A DNA stretch of 64,000 bases from NCBI GenBank assembly GCA_041396705.1, contig JAWKYB010000002.1, positions 398,563 to 462,562 of the forward strand, in the 5' to 3' direction. Numbering within the stretch: position 1 is the stretch's first letter; each line of letters begins with the position of its first letter. This document shows positions 62,612 through 64,000 of the stretch, piece after piece. This DNA is from Alphaproteobacteria bacterium (lineage in GTDB: Bacteria > Pseudomonadota > Alphaproteobacteria > CALKHQ01). Position numbers and translations under genes: made by a program. The notes below the pieces were generated by a model. The model saw only the letters and a program-made list of their open reading frames with translations, had not been told where the DNA came from and did no database searches.

Positions 62612-63275
62612 GCCGGCGCCACAGCCCGCCGGCCTGCTGCTCAACGACGGCGTGCACCGGCGCGGGCTGATGCTGGTGCTGTCGTCGCCGTCCGGTGCCG
62701 GCAAGACCTCGATCAGCCGCGCCGTGCTGGAGCGCGACGACGGCATCGACCTGTCGGTGTCCGCGACCACGCGGGCGAAACGGCCGGGCGAGGTGTCGGG
62801 CGTGCATTACCACTTCGTCGGCAAGGAGGAGTTCGGCCTGATGCTGAACCGCGGCGAGCTGCTGGAGCACGCCCGGGTGTTCGGCAACTACTACGGCACG
62901 CCGCGGCGGCCGGTCGAACAGGCGCTGGCGCAGGGCCGCGACATGCTGTTCGACCTTGACTGGCAGGGCACCCAGCAGGTGGCCGAGGCGGCGCGCGACG
63001 ACCTGGTCAGCATCTTCATCCTGCCGCCGTCGACCGTGGAGCTGGAGCGCCGGCTGCGCAGCCGCGCGCAGGATCCCGACGAGGTGGTGGCCCAGCGCAT
63101 GGCCAAGGCGGCCGACGAGATGAGCCACTACGCCGAGTACGACTACATCATCGTCAACACCGACTTCGAGGACAGCGTCGCCTCGGTGCAGGCGATCCTG
63201 CGCGCCGAGCGGCTGCGCCGCCAGCGCCAGATCGGGCTCGGCGAGTTCGTCAAGGGGCTGCGCCAGGGCCAGTAG
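62601..63275 (+). CDS. gmk: Guanylate kinase
   Basis: P-loop SSPSGAGKTS, TTRAKRPGEVSGVHYHFV and the NMP-binding and lid regions. Confidence 0.9.
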   Translation: MSSRPAPQPAGLLLNDGVHRRGLMLVLSSPSGAGKTSISRAVLERDDGIDLSVSATTRAKRPGEVSGVHYHFVGKEEFGLMLNRGELLEHARVFGNYYGTPRRPVEQALAQGRDMLFDLDWQGTQQVAEAARDDLVSIFILPPSTVELERRLRSRAQDPDEVVAQRMAKAADEMSHYAEYDYIIVNTDFEDSVASVQAILRAERLRRQRQIGLGEFVKGLRQGQ

Positions 63276-63287
63276 CGCCCGGGCGAC

Positions 63288-63878
63288 TCAGGCCCGCGCC
63301 CGCACCGTGCCGTGGGCGATGGCGCGCACCACCTCCGGATAGAGCCGGTGCTCCTGTTCGAGCACCCGGTCCGCCAGCGTCTCGGCGGTATCGTCGGCAA
63401 ACACCGGCACCCGGCGCTGGGCGATCACCGGCCCGCCGTCCAGCTCGTCGGTGACCCAGTGCACGCTGCAGCCGGCCTCGGCGGCCCCGTCCGCCAGCGC
63501 GCGCGCGTGGCTGTGCAGCCCCTTGTAGGCCGGCAGCAGCGACGGATGGATGTTGACCAGCCGCCCGGCCCAGTGCCGGACGAACGCCGGGCCCAGCACC
63601 CGCATGAAGCCAGCCAGGCAGACGAGCCGGCAGCCGGCCGCCTCCAGCGCGGCGGTCACCGCCGCCTCGAAGGCCTCGCGGTCGGCAAAGGCGGCGTGGT
63701 CCACCGTCTCGGTGGCGAGGCCCAGCGCGGCGGCGGCCTGCAGCCCCGCCGCGTCGGGCCGGTTGGACACGACCAGCGCGACCCGGGCCGGAGCGCCCGG
63801 CCGGGCGAGGTCGGCGGCCAGGGCCTGCATGTTCGAGCCTCGGCCGGAGATCAATATGCCGACGTTCAGGACCGCCAC
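63288..63878 (-). CDS. purN: Phosphoribosylglycinamide formyltransferase
   Basis: VAVLNVGILISGRGSNMQAL N-terminus and the formyl-transferase motif (HPSLLPAYKGLHSHARAL). GTG start overlaps the purM stop (GTGGCGGTCCTGA). Confidence 0.85.
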   Translation of the reverse strand: MAVLNVGILISGRGSNMQALAADLARPGAPARVALVVSNRPDAAGLQAAAALGLATETVDHAAFADREAFEAAVTAALEAAGCRLVCLAGFMRVLGPAFVRHWAGRLVNIHPSLLPAYKGLHSHARALADGAAEAGCSVHWVTDELDGGPVIAQRRVPVFADDTAETLADRVLEQEHRLYPEVVRAIAHGTVRARA

Positions 63879-64000
63879 GTGTCGAGGCCCTCGAGGATCG
63901 TCGTGGTCGGTCCGTCGTGGGCGACGATGTCGCCGATCACGCATGGCCGCTCGCCCATCTCGCGGAACAGCGCCAGCGCCACGTCCGCCTTGGCGGCGGG
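63866..64000 (-). CDS. purM: Phosphoribosylformylglycinamidine cyclo-ligase, 3' end only (the 5' end lies outside the window)
   Basis: Translation of the last 44 codons is ...AAKADVALALFREMGERPCVIGDIVAHDGPTTTILEGLDTWRS*, a PurM-like C-terminus in the conserved purM-purN order. Confidence 0.55.
   Translation of the reverse strand, partial: PAAKADVALALFREMGERPCVIGDIVAHDGPTTTILEGLDTWRS

Overview
This is a roughly 70% GC stretch of chromosome, probably alphaproteobacterial, dominated by conserved housekeeping genes. No transposase, integrase, phage or CRISPR signature was seen. The content is the following.
(1) Core genes: dapD-dapE; tamA-tamB; a proX-proV-proW glycine-betaine-type ABC importer; moaB; a lytic transglycosylase; family-4 udg; ETF-ubiquinone oxidoreductase; a TPR gene followed by ispE; yfgM-like gene, bamB and der; purF-cvpA-radA; mlaE-mlaF; alr; dnaB; cfa; rpsF-rpsR-rplI; fabD-fabG-acpP-fabF-mltG; yicC-gmk; purN and a partial purM.
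(2) One tRNA, tRNA-Gln(UUG).
(3) A possibly accessory block at 22-31 kb: a PodJ-like polar factor with a small paralog of its N-terminal motif; an orphan ParB; and an ECF41-type sigma factor followed by a carboxymuconolactone-decarboxylase-family gene, divergent from a FAD-dependent aminophosphonate oxidase and phnX phosphonatase pair.
(4) Main anomalies: a TetR-controlled YbhGFSR/RbbA-type ABC exporter whose ATPase-permease junction needs three frameshifts within about 270 bp; a yfgM-like gene containing 72-bp tandem coding repeats that also carry a 1-nt frameshift; and a 60-bp, about 37% GC, in-frame patch inside alr.
Many long Arg-rich ORFs in the six-frame track are wrong-frame artefacts of the high GC content and are not reported as genes.
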